64,000 nucleotides of DNA from Fimicolochytrium jonesii (Eukaryota), in NCBI RefSeq assembly GCF_025526975.1, contig NW_026515695.1, positions 62,001-126,000 of the forward strand, read 5' to 3'. Within the stretch, counting starts at the first letter, position 1, and each line of letters begins with the position of its first letter. Both the position numbers and the translations under genes were made by a program. Below the pieces are notes generated by a model. It did not search any database and had not been told where the DNA came from. It saw only the letters and a program-made list of their open reading frames with translations. This document shows, piece by piece, positions 51,259 through 64,000 of the stretch.

Positions 51259-53650
51259 ATGCCAGGACACAGGGTGCGTGGAGTCCACAACCATGGGCCT
51301 ACTAGGGATGGTCGCACTTTGGAAGAAACCCGCTTGCTGTCCGAGGGAAGCTCGCGGGCGCTGCGTGCTGAGGAGGCTAAGGATTGTTACGAAAAGTATG
51401 GGCTTGCACTTTGCGAACGTTTGTAGCCACCGACTGAAAGACTGACGCGAGGTCGTGTACACTTCCTTGCTTCTCAGAGCGCTCGAGTTTGCGCGCAACC
51501 GCCTAGTGGAGCCGGTCTCAAACGATGAAATCGCCGAGTCCAAAGAATACGTCACGGACGCCATGATCACCGAGCTCAAGATTCTCGGTCCGCGGGCCTG
51601 TGTTTGCGGTGCACTGGCCGCTAGCCGGGAGCTAAACCAACGTGCAAAGCTCAGCACTCACCGAAGTTCTCTGCTGAAAGCCAGGGCGTACATGTGTGAG
51701 GTTATGGCGATTAGGATTGTGGAGGATCTCGCGGAGGATAAGGATGGGAGAGAAGAGCTGTTTGTAGAGGTGCTTACGCCGCTGTTCACGAATTGGAAGG
51801 CGCCGCACAAGCAGGAGAGCCGTGAGTGTTGCTACATTTCCATTACATCTCCATCACTATGACTTTGGCAATTAGCTAACATAAAGCCCTGTTTGACATA
51901 GCACTCTCCATCGCTGTCGAATCTGGCGCGGTCTCCTTCGTCAACACCATCGTGGTGCAGCAATGCGTCGAGTACATCTGGCGCGGCCTCCTGATCCCCC
52001 GCCCATCATGGGAGATCAAACAAGACAGTCGTGATGGCGACGGATACGTCCAGGGCTACCAATGGCCCACGCAGATCAGATCTGGTTTCAATGCTCTACC
52101 CGAAGGCCGGTTGAGTGTCCCGATATACCGATACGCTGCCGAGACGATGTTCAGTTTCGCGCTGTTGATGGTGTTCACGTTTGTCGTCAACTACCGGACC
52201 CCGCATTTCAATGCGGCGGAGATCATCATGTATATCATGGTTGGGTCTTATATGATCACGGAGATCAAGCAGGTAGGTTCGCCCTTGGTTGCCTCTCTGG
52301 TTTACCGTCTACTCGGCTAACGCTCAATACGATCAGTTCCGTTCACAAGGCACAGGATTGTACTTCCTGACATTGGTAAGCCCCAGGTCCCTCATAATCA
52401 CACACGCCGAACTCAAATGCTCATAGGAAGGCCCCCGTTCCTTAGTTCAACTGCAACGACATGATCAGCTTGGTCCTGTTCTCAATCGCCTTTGGAGCCA
52501 AAGTCTACGCTCAATGGATTGGCAGCGAGGAGATCTTGACGGGTCCAACCGATTTGTCCTATGATCTGCTAGCGTGTAACGCTGTGTTCTTGTGGACTCG
52601 TGCGATTCATGTTCTTGCTGGGTTAGTAATGGGCGGACGCTGAAAATCAGTTCATGCCACGTGAGAGCTAAAACTTCATGATTGCCAATTCAGATTCCGA
52701 TACTTTGGAGAGATGGTCGTCATCATCCGCTCCATGTTGCAAGACGCTGCTTACTTTTTCGTCATGTTCTTCTTTGTGCTTGTCGGGTTTGTCCAGGTAT
52801 GTTCATCATCTACCGCCCTTCGGGACCACCCCTCTGACTCCAAACATGTGTTTTCAGGCGTTTGCTGGTTTAGCGCGTGCATCGCCATCGGAGGGACCTG
52901 GGTTCGCTAAGGGGGGATACTTGTTAGCCAAGGCTTTCCTGCAGTAAGTATCTGACACACGAGATTTTTGTTTAGGCAATTGAACAGCTTACTCATTCGC
53001 CTATCATCAGGGCCCCTGACTTCGAGGACGCCGAGCGCATGCACGACGTCCTCGGACCCCCACTCCTCATCTTCTTCCAGATCCTCGGCACCGTCATCAT
53101 GCTCAACATGCTCGTAGCCTTCTTCAACCAATCCTACTCCACCATCATCGAAACTGCCACCGAACAGCACGTCTACCAATTCACCGTCAACGTCCTCGGC
53201 CTCTACCTCGACGCCACGCGGTACCCCTTCATCCCGCCCGCCAACCTCGTCGAACCCTTCCTCAAAGTGCCCTCGCTCTTTCTCTCGGAACAGCGGTACC
53301 TCGCTCTGCGCAGATGGGTGTGGGTCCTCGCCGTGTTCCCCGCCAACCTCGCCATCGCGATCGCCGAGGAGGCATTCCCGCAGCTCACGGCGCAGCTGTA
53401 CCAGGTGAAGGAGGACCAGGATTTCGAAGAGGAGCAACGGGAGCGGAGGTTGAGGAAGGCGGAGGATGCGGCGCCTGTGGAGAGCGAGCCTGTGACGGGT
53501 GGGAAGGGGTTGGAGAAGGAGGGGAAGAAGATCGAGGCGCCGGAGTTGGAAGAGGATGCGGGCGTGCAGGAGACTTTGAAGTTTTTGGTGAAGGAGATTA
53601 GGGAGTTGAGGTTGAAGTTGGAGGAAAAGAACGGGAGTGGGGCTGAGTAG
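51259..53650 (+). CDS. YVC1: TRP-family cation channel, Yvc1/TRPY-like, multi-exon
   Basis: ARAYMCEVMA, LSVPIYRY, LLACNAVFLWTR, FRYFGEMVVIIRSMLQD...FVGFVQAF, VIMLNMLVAFFNQSYSTIIE, FIPPANLVE, and a coiled-coil tail. Confidence 0.85.
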
Positions 53651-54074
53651 ACTAAGCGAGTAGAAGGAGTCAAGGAGGCCCACAGAAGGTGGCGGGTGTG
53701 GTCATGCGGATAGATACCTAGCGGCGTATAGGTCCTCCAAGTTTACGTAGCTTTGTGATAGTGTAAGGACGGTCGGACTCATTAGTTTCCTGTTCTCAGA
53801 ACTTTCATTCAAATGTATATTGCTTATCATGCATCGACACTTCATATGCTTATATGCTTACGGCCGCCGGCTTTTCGCTGGTTTGCCACCCTTCAATTGG
53901 AGCATCCTGTTTCACAATGAACTTCAAAATCCTTTTTGTCGTGCTCTCTGAAGATGATGGAATACAGAATATGGAAAGGGTATTGCGTCTAAGTACGGCT
54001 ATGGTCTACACTGAGGGCCGACTGACTATGCATAGAATAGTAAACAAATCATCTACGTGACCGTACCGCCGTCC

Positions 54075-55949
54075 CTAGTAAAGCTTGAAACTATCCTCAA
54101 TCAACCGCTCAATAACTTCATAATCCACCGGCTTCGGCGCCAACTTGGTAACCCTATGCTGCGGCAACGTGCCCTCAACCAGCATCTTCGTGTCGTTCGA
54201 GTCGTAGCCGAGGGCGGTGAGACCGTCGGGGACGTCGAGTTTGTGGAGGAAGGTGCGCAGGGCGTCGGAGAGGATCGGGCCGGCGTCGGCGAGCTTGGCG
54301 TTGGAGACGTCGGCGCCGAAGAGGGCGGCGGCTTCGAGGTGACGTTCGGGGCAGGCGGGGGCGGTGAATTTGAAGACGGCGGGGGAGGTTACGGCGACTG
54401 AGATGCCGTGGGGCTGTTTCGGGGGGGAACGGTGTTCATATTGGTAAACATCCCATTGACTTATAAATAAGTGAGAATGCGAAAGCCATACATACCACGA
54501 TGTTGTGATCAACCTTGTAACCCTTATGCTTGTAGTTCTTGACACCACCCGCAATAGGGTAACTCATACCATGACACAAATGCACGCCAGCATTTCCAAA
54601 CCCAATCCCCGCAAATGTAGACGCCAAGATCATCTGTTCCTGGGCCTGGTGGTCGTCAGGGTTCTTGTACGCGCGGTGTAGGTTGTCAATGCACATCTTC
54701 AGCGACTTGAGCGACCACATGTCGGAGATGGGGTTGGAGCCTTGGTAGGCGGGGCGCTCGATGGGGTTCTTGGGGCGAGGGGTGCGCTCGGTGTAGGGGA
54801 TGGCGGTGTATGACTCCAGGGAGTGGCTAGGGTTAGAGACAGGGAGTGTTCTTCATATAGCAGGTTTGTGAGATCATAGTAGAAGTCCAAATAGTAGCAT
54901 ACCATAGAACGTCGAGTCCACTGGCAACATGCACTTGAGGAGGCATCGTGCGGGTGTTCAAAGGATCGACGATACCGAGGTAGGGCTTCAATGAGCGGTG
55001 AGCAATGCCCGTCTTGAAGTTCTGGGGCTTGTAGTCGAAGATCGCGACACCGGTCGTCTCGGATCCCGTTCCAGCCGTCGTGGGGACTATCAAGGGTTGA
55101 AAACCGGGTGTCAGCAACGAGACATGCCGTAGGCAGAACCTTCCATCAGCGATGCGACGGAAGCTCATTCACAGATCTGTACCTGCAATCAAAGGCTTGA
55201 CAGGATTATACACCGGCTTTCCGCGCCCAATGGGAGCATTCACAAACGCCAGAAAGTCCTCCTCAGGATGGCAGAGGTACAAGTTGGCCGCCTTGGCCGT
55301 GTCAATGACCGATCCACCACCGACAGCAACAAAGGCATCCGGCTGCTCTTTTCGCACAAAGTTGATGGCATCCTGGAAACTTCCGTCGGTGGGCTCGATG
55401 CGGACCCGGTCGAACACGACAAAGTTCACGCCGGCGTCCTGCAGGGATTTGATGGTGGTTTTCACGGGCAGGAGTTCCGCTAGGTTTGGGTCCGTAAACA
55501 CGGCAACTACGATATGGGACATTAATACGATGTCAGCCAAGGCTCGTTCAGCGCGATAGATAATCCGCATATTCCGAACCTTTCTTCGCCCTCATGTTCG
55601 CCAAATCCATTCCAACTTCCTTCGTCACGCCCTTCCCGTATCGGATGCTGGAAGTGGCCATCTCGAACGCGTAGTCGCCCTCCTCTTTGGCTGTCGCAAA
55701 GGTTTGGTGGTGGTCATGTTTGTGATGGGAGTGAGAGCATCCAGGAGCTACAAGCGCGTCAATAGACCCAGATCAGTTACTGACAGGCGGAGAAAGCAAA
55801 ATATGGATTGCCGTGGAGGCTCCTTTTTCCTTACCATGCCTTTTGAGCACCTTGCTGACAGCGGGTGCATGGCAGGGGCATCTAGCTCCTGCGGCGGAGA
55901 CTGCTCCCATCAAGCCCCATACGGCCGCGCGAGAAGCAGGAGGTGCCAT
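54075..55949 (-). CDS. ADHFE1: Hydroxyacid-oxoacid transhydrogenase (iron-dependent ADH family), mitochondrial, multi-exon
   Basis: ARCPCHA, DYAFEMATSSIRYG, AVGGGSVIDTAKAANLY, PTTAGTGSETTG, GFGNAGVHLCHGMSYPI, GTLPQHRVTKLAP. Confidence 0.95.
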
Positions 55950-56620
55950 AGTATGACGGGAAGATATATAAGCGCAGATGGTATATCGTCCAGCTAAGCC
56001 GTGAGGGGATCGTCGAGTGGGATGGAGCCTGCTTCTGGGTTGCCTTTTTGTACGATGGGGACGTTTGTTCCCTTCACGTTTCTCATGGGGTATCCCAGGC
56101 TCAGGGGGTCGATGGAGACGCGTGTGCGGAGTGGGGTCGCCTAATGTAAAATGATTAGCGATTGAACAGGATGTTGCGGACAATGATCTGTGAAAATCGG
56201 CGTGTGAATCGGTGGGACCCCACATGACTCTCGGTCAATTGTTGGGGGAGTTTTTCGGTCCGCCAACGCGTTAAGGCGCGTTTGGTGCTGTCACGATGTC
56301 CATTTACGGACGACCGCCAGGACATCTTTTCCTTTTCGGCACCCGCTGGCCATAATCGTCGGGATTCGAAGATGTCACAAGAAAGCCTCGCTTCCATCGC
56401 TCGCCGATGGGATGTCTTCAGAATTGATATACTGTATGCCAAGCGTTGCCTGGGATGTGGGCGGTGCTCAGTGGGAAAAGAGAACAAAACTAAGATACGT
56501 ACAAAAAACATATGTAAAATGTAAAGGGGAGAAAATGCGATCTATCTACAAAAGGATTGGTATCGTTGCCACTACTATGTACGGTGAATGAAGCCTGGTG
56601 TATTTGAATTGATGTGCTAC

Positions 56621-57323
56621 TCAGATTTCGATGGTGAGGACGTTCTCCAGATCAGCATTGAACATGGCTCGCTTAAACTCCTCAAATGAGATAGCTCCAT
56701 CCTTATCCAGGACATCGGCATCCAGAAGAGTCTGGTCGACCAGAGCTTGCACCTGATCGTCTGGCAAGTTCGAGCCCACCATGAGTTTGAGGATGTGGTA
56801 TAAGTCGCTGGAATCGATAACGCCGTCGCCGTTCACGTCGTACACTTTGAATGCGACTGTAATGGGAGGGAGGGTTTAGATCACTCTTTATCCAAACCGA
56901 TGGGCAAAAGCACATTGTGGAACTATCAGCCCTCTCACTTACAGCTCAATTTCTGTTCCCTCTTCGCCCTCTTCGAGAATACCGACAAGGCCGCAACGAA
57001 CTGCTTGAAGTTGACTTCGTTTCGCCCGTCAAGGTCGAACACCGCAACTACCCGGTTGGCCAGAGGGTTCATAGCCAGTTCCGGAATAGCCGTCATTTCT
57101 TCCAATGATATCGTGCCGGAGTTGTCCTTGTCCAGGTGCCGGAAACGAGAATAGAGGGTTTTTATTTGTGCTTCCGAGACTGTTGCAAGGGATGCGGGTT
57201 AGTGTCAACCGACAAAACATGCCGACTTCGTTTGTGGTAAGCTTGAAGGACGAACTTACAGGTTGATATTGACTTCAGGTCGTCAAACTCCTCCGCCGTC
57301 AAGCGGGAAGACCCCTGACCCAT
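56621..57323 (-). CDS. Calcineurin B / calcineurin-B-homologous (CHP-like) myristoylated EF-hand protein, 3 exons
   Basis: MGQGSS myristoylation motif; FSEAQIKTLYSRFRHLDKDNSG; IPELAMNPLANR; FAFKVYDVNGDGVI; DKDGAISFEEF. Confidence 0.88.
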
Positions 57324-57677
57324 CTTGCTAGTGTTTGAAGCGGGGCGCAAGTATCTTGCTATCTATGCGACGGACATGCGATAGAGTTGTGCAGCGACAT
57401 AGCGTTCAACAAGTGGTGGGAATCTGAGGTAGTCTGAGGTGGCGCGCCTTATTGCGGCGATGTCCTGACTCACCTTCATGGCAAGAATCCCCCTGCAACG
57501 GCCATTTTGCAGGTCAGAAAATACCCACATCCACCAGCATCCTCCAACCCTCAACCCAGTGCACTTGTCCTGTCGAGTAGTGTCTGATTGCCTATGGTGA
57601 ACTAAGGGAATTTGCTTTTGGCATATACTCAAGAACCTCGCAGCCTCCTCTATTCGCCAACTCAAACAATTCCCAAG

Positions 57678-59750
57678 ATGGTCGCCAGTGCAGTCTACAT
57701 CTTGGACGTCAAGGGCAAGGTAGATACCCGCAAACCGAGCCTCTACTGCTTTCCCACCGGGTGAGAACCCACTCATAACCGTCGTGTCCATCATGAAGGT
57801 CCTGATTTCGAGAGACTACCGAGGAGACATCCCCATGTCGGCCGTGGAGAAGTTCATGCCGCTAATTCAGGAAGTCGAGGAGGAGGAGCAAACACCAACG
57901 CCGATAATGTCGACGGAGGACGGCATACACTTCCTCTATGTCAAGCATATCAATCTCTACCGTGAGTGCTGAAGCGAACGAGATGTGGATGGAATCAGGC
58001 ATAGAGGGGATTCACCGCCTCACACTGCTCTCACTAGTGCTGGCGACAACGCGAAAGAACTCGAATGCCGCTACCATCCTTCTGTTCCTTCATAAACTTA
58101 TCGAGGTGAGAGCGCGCTTTGGATGAGCACAAGCCTGCATGTAGGCGTTCGCTCATAGTGCTTGCCCTCTCAAACAGGTGTTCAAAGAGTACTTCAAAGA
58201 GCTAGAAGAGGAGTCGATCAGGGACAATTTCGTCATTATTTACGAACTGCTTGATGAGATGATGGATTTTGGGTATCCGCAAACGACGGAGTCGAAGATT
58301 CTGCAAGAGTGAGGATGGCATTGTTCATTTCACAAATAAGATGAGCATATCGGCTGATGAAGACGGCACCTCCGCAGATACATCACCCAAGAATCCTACA
58401 AACTCGAATCGCAACCCCGTCTACCAATGGCAGTCACTAACGCGGTCTCGTGGCGTGCGGAAGGGATCAAATACCGAAAGAACGAGGTGTTCTTGGACGT
58501 GGTGGAGTCGGTCAATTTGCTGGTCAACGCCAACGGGAATGTGTTGCGGAGCGAGATCCTGGGTGCTGTAAAGATGAAGTGCTACCTCAGTGGGATGCCG
58601 GATGTGCGGTTGGGTTTGAATGATAAGGTGTTGTTTGAGAGTACCGGACGAAGTAAGCGATGTCGATGCGTTTTCGGGGCTTCTTGCTTTGTGCTTAGCA
58701 ACCCCATCGGCGTCCAACAGCGGCTGGAAAAGGGAAAGCGGTCGAGATGGAGGACATGAAGTTCCATCAATGCGTGCGGCTAGCACGGTTTGAAAGCGAT
58801 AGAACGATATCGTTCATACCGCCCGACGGGGAGTTTGAGTTGATGTCGTACCGGCTGAATACCCAGGTGGGTGACGGGGGAGTGACGGATACTTGAAAGG
58901 GCGATTGATGTAGGGAAGAAAAGTCCGCTGATCGAAATGCGTACAGGTGAAACCGTTGATCTGGTGCGAAGCGGTAATAGAATCACATAGCGGGTCTCGC
59001 GTTGAATACATGATCAAGGTGAGCCCCTATTCATGATGTGTCCTACACATACGACAGGCGGCTAATCTGGAACTCGTCTCAACTCCAGGCAAAAGGGCAA
59101 TTCAAACGGAAATCAACAGCCAATAACGTAGAAATCATCATCCCCGTCCCCGAAGACGCAGATACCCCCAAATTTAGGGTACGGCATTGGTGTTCCGTTC
59201 CTGCCATACGATGGATTGGTGAAGCTTCCGCTGATTATGATTTTGTCGGCAGGCAACGGTCGGCTCGGTAACCTACGCCCCCGAGAAGAACGCCGCGGTT
59301 TGGAAAATCAAGCAATTCCCCGGTGGCAAGGACTACGTGATGCGCGCGCACTTCGGACTCCCAAGTGTTCGGAGCGGTAAGAAAGATTCCCACACCCTGC
59401 TTTGTTCACGTTAGAACAAGCAAAGAAACAAACAAACAAACAAACTGAACCCCATTTCGTTATGCAGAGGACCCAAACAAACGGCCCCCAATATCGGTCA
59501 AATTCGAGATCCCGTATTTCACAGTCTCGGGCATCCAAGTTCGGTATCTGAAGGTTGTAGATAAGAGCGGATACCAGGCGTTCCCGTGGGTGAGGTATAT
59601 CACCCAGAATGGAGGTAAGATTTCGCCCAGTATGAGGTGGTTGTGATGCTTGAACACAGTCTGATTAGCCCTGGCTTTTCGCTCCGTCTAGATTACTTCC
59701 TCCGGTTGCCGGAGCCTGTCAGCAGTTCAAAGCTTGGATCGATTCAATAG
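57678..59750 (+). CDS. APM1: AP-1 adaptor complex mu1 subunit, multi-exon
   Basis: ASAVYILDVKGK, EESIRDNFVIIYELLDEMMDFGYPQ, VSWRAEGIKYRKNEVFLDV, KFHQCVRL, FEIPYFTVSGIQVRYLK, PWVRYITQNG. Confidence 0.97.
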
Positions 59751-59902
59751 CAGTGCTGGCAACGGTAGAAATATCCTGGTGCTTTATACACCCTTTGTGC
59801 ACCCCAAACACGCCTGCGTCGTTCTACTCCCCACCAGCTGGATATACATGCGTCCATCAACAAGAATGAGCCCCGCTCAACTCTATGAAAAAGACACATT
59901 AT

Positions 59903-61138
59903 CTAAGTGCGTTTACGCTGTGAACGAATCTGCTTATCGCAGTCACTACGCCAGAATGTCAGGCCGATGAAGCCGATGATTGTGTTTATGAAGTCCATAA
60001 CGCCGTTGTTTGCTGGTGCCGCTCCTGAAAGAAACAGGGAAGTGGAAGATGAAGCGTGAGAAGCTGACGGAGTGGCGTTCAAAGTCCAAGGAAGTCTACG
60101 GATTACGCACCTTTGGTCGCACTCCGTATCAGCTCCCCCGTGAAATCACACACAATGCTATATTGCTCCTTCTCAACGCCTCTGAACAAAATCTCGGCGG
60201 CCTTTTCGGGGGTTACGCCCACATCCCCCTCCTCCAACTTCTTGGTAATCGCCGGCTTCGTCTTATTCTCCTCCTCATACCCGGGCGAGTAAATGGTGCC
60301 GGGGTAAAAAATATGGATCTTAATCCCATACATCTGCATCTCCATCCTCAGACTATCCGCCAGTCCGCGGATGGCGTGCTTGGCGGCGCTGTAGCCGGTG
60401 TACCCGACCAAGCCCATCAGGCCGAGGATGGAGCTGACGAACACGAGCCGGCAGGTGTGGGGCTTAGGGTGCGTGGTGAAGGAGGTGATGGCGGCGTGGG
60501 CGGTGTAGGCGGCGGTGAGGTAGTCGCGCTCCATTTCGTGCGCCAGGGAGGAGGCGGGGAGGTCGATGAACATGCCCGGTTGCGCCCCACCTGAATAATC
60601 AAGGAAATTCCTACCGTCAAACCCCGCTTCCAAGCTTCACTTGCGTCCCCAAATCCTCTTACCAGCACACAAAAACACATAATCGACTTTAGCCCCCATC
60701 CGCTCCTCCGCATTCTTCAAAGCCTTCGCACTTCCCTCCGCGTTCCTCAGATCCGCGCTCTCGTATATGACCACCTGCTTTCCCTCACTGTTCTCAGTAG
60801 CGAGGGAACTTTCCCTCCTGATCTCCTCAACGGCCTTTTCGAGTTTCGCGACATCGCGCGCGACGATGGTGATACGGGCCCCGCGGGCGGCGAGAAGCTT
60901 GGCGAGGGCGAGACCTGTGCCTTGCGAGCCGCCTGTTATGTAGACATGCTGCGAGAGTGGAGGAGGGAGGAGTGTGAGTGGGAATTTGGAAGACATGCAA
61001 TAAAATTGACATGTGGGACACTACCTTGTTTTGCGGGTTGAAGGACTCTGGGGTTTTTTTCTTTGAGAACATTGCGGCGAGGACGCCAGCGGGTAGTAGC
61101 AGGAGGATGAGGTAGAGCAAGGGGGTTGAGAAGGCCAT
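59903..61138 (-). CDS. TSC10: 3-ketodihydrosphingosine reductase (SDR family), 4 exons
   Basis: N-terminal transmembrane helix; ITGGSQGTG; GYTGYSAAKHAIRGLADSLRME; PGTIYSPGYEEENKTKP. Confidence 0.92.
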
Positions 61139-61433
61139 GTCCTGTCTATGGAAAGCCTGTTGTCGATGCGGGGGTTCAGGGGGTTCTCAGTCTAGCGGGC
61201 GGCTCCTCCTCGAAGCGAGAACTGGACGGCTGGACGGCGCGTGTGTCACTCCTCCAGGCTCCTCCAGGCCTCTAGGACATTGACTTACGCCGACGACAGA
61301 TCTCCTGCAAAGGCATAGTAAGATACACAACACATACTCCTTCGTTCCAGCTTGTAGAGAGTCTCAGCCGTGTTTCTTGGGGGGCCGAATATCCTAGCAC
61401 CCTCGAAGGCCATCAGCAGAATAAGCCGCCACG

Positions 61434-62777
61434 ATGCCCAAGGTATGACATTCTGGTTCCCCAAAGGCGAGGCGAAGTACTTATCTGACCATGGACTTTA
61501 TATTCGTTTAGCGACAGGCATTATACCAGTCGGAGATAGCACAGGTATCGTGAGCGACGTGGAGCTCGGCTGGGAGTGTTGTTATAGCTGGGAAGGCGCG
61601 GAAACTGAAGTTTCTCTCCCCGACAGATGATGTATGTGCACGGGGAGGTGACCGACCCCCGGGACGACACTACGCTCGTCGTTGAAGAAATTGTTCGCAC
61701 ACAAACGATAGAGATTGTATGGGCGTCACTTTACTCTTTAGAAGTTCAGCAATGTCAGGCGAAAAGTTGACTCGTCGCGTCCACGGTCACAGATAGTGCG
61801 TACGGTCCAGCAAGCAGCGAAACGAGGCTCGCGGTTCCTGACGCCGGAAGATGTGATCTCCCTTATCAAGTACGATCGCGCGAAAGTCAACACATTGCGC
61901 ACGTACCTGGCGTTCCGCGACGCTCAGAAATCCGCAAAGAAGAGGGACCCGAATGATGTTATCGATATTGCAGAGGGAGAGGATGATACCGACGGTGAGA
62001 GAGAGCGGATTACCGCGATATATGCCACTCGGGTAGAATACGTCGCTGAATCTTGTTCTTCTCTCAGGAAACAACCCGGAGTTGCTTAAGGGAAAGTTGA
62101 AATTCTCATGGGACTTGATCAACTACTATGGCACCGTGCTGGAGGATGACGATGAAGACGACGATGATGAGGACCAGCAGATGGCAGATGACTTGCAGCA
62201 AGCTCGGTTGAAGGTATGAAATACATCCTCAATGCAGGCCAGTCCGTTCTGTTTGTAACGGTCCCTTTAGGAAGCAGATGAAGTCACACGGAGGATGACA
62301 AAGGAGGAATACATGTACTACTCTGAATGTCGGCAAGCTTCGTTCGTATTCAAGCGTCTTCAGCGGTTCAAGAAATGGTCTGAACTGGGAAAGTAGGTTG
62401 AGGTTTGATAGAAAAAGAGTTCTCATTGCATTCTGCCCGATTCACACTATTCCACTCCCTCCAGATACTACGAAAACAAACCCAACGGCGATGTAATCGA
62501 CATCTGGGGTTTCCTTGCCTACGAAATGGTGCGCAAGCTCACAGAGATGGCCCTCGAAGTCAAAAAGCAGTGGGACACCAACCGCGTCGACGAGATCGAG
62601 CACGAGCAGCGGGAGATGGAGAAGAAGAATGTCGGGCTGTTTGCGAAACCGACGAATGTGCAGAAACCCCTGCAGCCGGGACATATTCATGAGGCTTTCA
62701 GGAGGCTGCAGAATGTGACTCCGAGTGTTAACAACTTTAGGGGCGACTTTGCGAGAACGACTTTGGCGTTGATTTAG
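61434..62777 (+). CDS. SPT3: SAGA complex subunit Spt3, multi-exon
   Basis: YQSEIAQMMYVHGE, RGSRFLTPEDVI.LIKYDRAKVN.LR.YL, ADEVTRRMTKEEYMYYSECRQASF, WGFLAYEMVRKLTE, PLQPGHIHEAFRRLQ. Confidence 0.95.
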
Positions 62778-63342
62778 GCGCGGATATTCCATCGGCAGTT
62801 AGGTGATAGAGGCCGGCTCAGTTCTCGGTCTGTGGACGCGAGCTGCAAGCCACAAAACATCATTGCATACGGACGCCTCTATCTTTTGGGAACTTCGGCC
62901 GGGACCTCTCTATTTCTGGGGGAAACAAGATAGCACAACGAAACGCGATGGCACGTAACACGGATGCCCTTTCCCAATCTGATCCGTCACACTGGATATG
63001 GCCTCGGAGCGCGTCAGTCAAGCGGCCACGCTGTAGTCTAGGGAAGAGCGAGAAACCCGTGACGCCAGCACGTTACATTTGGAGAATAGCAAAGCCAGTC
63101 GGGAGGCTTCCGATGCAAAGCAGACATGGTTGGTAGAAACGACCCAAACAGCGTAGCGTCATGTACATACATTCATGTACATACATTCTGGCGCAACTGA
63201 AAGCAAACACGATTTTGGATTATAAGTCAATAACAAATGATTTACAAAAACCATAGCAGGCCGTCCACTTTTAAGCTAGCTCCGAAGTCCCCACCCTACG
63301 CCCAATGCCCCCAAAAAATCCAACCATCTACCATCCCCCTCC

Positions 63343-64000
63343 CTACTGACTCTGCACCTGCCTCTTCAACCACGCCTCGCCTCCATTCTGCACGGCCGTC
63401 ACCACATCCTCCTCGCTAATATTCAGCTGTAGCTTCTGCGACCTGTCGCCTGCGCGGTGCTGCTCCAACAGGATAAGGCGCGAAGTGTGGAGTTGGGCGC
63501 AGATCCCGTAGAGATCGTAGGCGGTGGGGGCGGGGAGGTTGCCCATGTCGCAAAGGCGGTAGTGCTCGTCTGAGACCTGGATGAGTTGGGCGATCAGAAT
63601 GAGGTAAACCCAGTGCCATGAGTTTGTGTATTCGGACCACGTGACTCGCGATTACATACCGGCCCATACTCAACCTCCCCAATCCCCGCCCTTCTCACAC
63701 TCCTCACAAGCGCAACCAAAAACACCCTCTGATGCGTGCTCCCCCTCCCCACCGACTGCACCGCCACCGACGCAAACATCTCCTTGACAGCCTGGTCGAT
63801 CACCATCATCGTCACGAGCTTGTTGTCCTGCGTCCCGGCCTCTGCGGCGCTTTCCAGTTTCGCTTCCAGTATCTCTACGCCTCGACTGAATTGGGATGCC
63901 CTCGCGTTAGGCATCTCGTGAGAGCGTGGTGACGGTTTTTGAAGGGTGGACTGGTGTACTTACCGACAGATATCCAAGGCTCGTCTAGCGTCCCCAGACA
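63343..64000 (-). CDS. ORC1: 3' end of origin recognition complex subunit 1 (Cdc6/Orc1 AAA lid plus winged helix); 5' part outside the window
   Basis: SGDARRALDICR, AVKEMFAS, HQRVFLVAL...RRAGIGE, LNISEEDVVTAV. Confidence 0.88.

Noticed and set aside
63160..63188. Tandem duplication of CATGTACATACATT
   Set aside because: Two copies of 14 nt in a 3' intergenic region, consistent with simple slippage. Not an array.

Overview
Gene-dense eukaryotic window with short GT-AG introns, from an early-diverging flagellated fungus (chytrid-like). This assignment is inferred from fungal-type housekeeping genes co-occurring with PPP1R42, an ILK-like pseudokinase, a tomosyn with an intact R-SNARE and a CHP-like EF-hand protein. 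About 30 protein-coding genes were reconstructed by hand: NSA1 (3' end), a two-domain cupredoxin, SEC9, PPP1R42, EDE1, an orphan 7TM protein, ILK, DUF1295, a PDK/BCKDK kinase, PRI2, GT31-PAN, TFB5, PGM3, SPO11, tomosyn, RPS1, RPB6, a tetraspanin, SPC24, a YVC1-like TRP channel, ADHFE1, CHP/CNB, APM1, TSC10, SPT3 and ORC1 (3' end), plus several orphans. No tRNA, rRNA, CRISPR array or intact transposon was seen. Most notable observations: (i) two degenerate segments sharing a DSxxE[IV]PTLADH motif, possibly HET-domain relics, flank SEC9 in opposite orientation; (ii) an integrin-linked-kinase-like pseudokinase; (iii) an intact SPO11 with a long repetitive acidic N-terminal extension and a Toprim insertion; (iv) a recurrent C-rich to G-rich compositional switch near gene ends. 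All family calls come from recalled motifs, not database searches.
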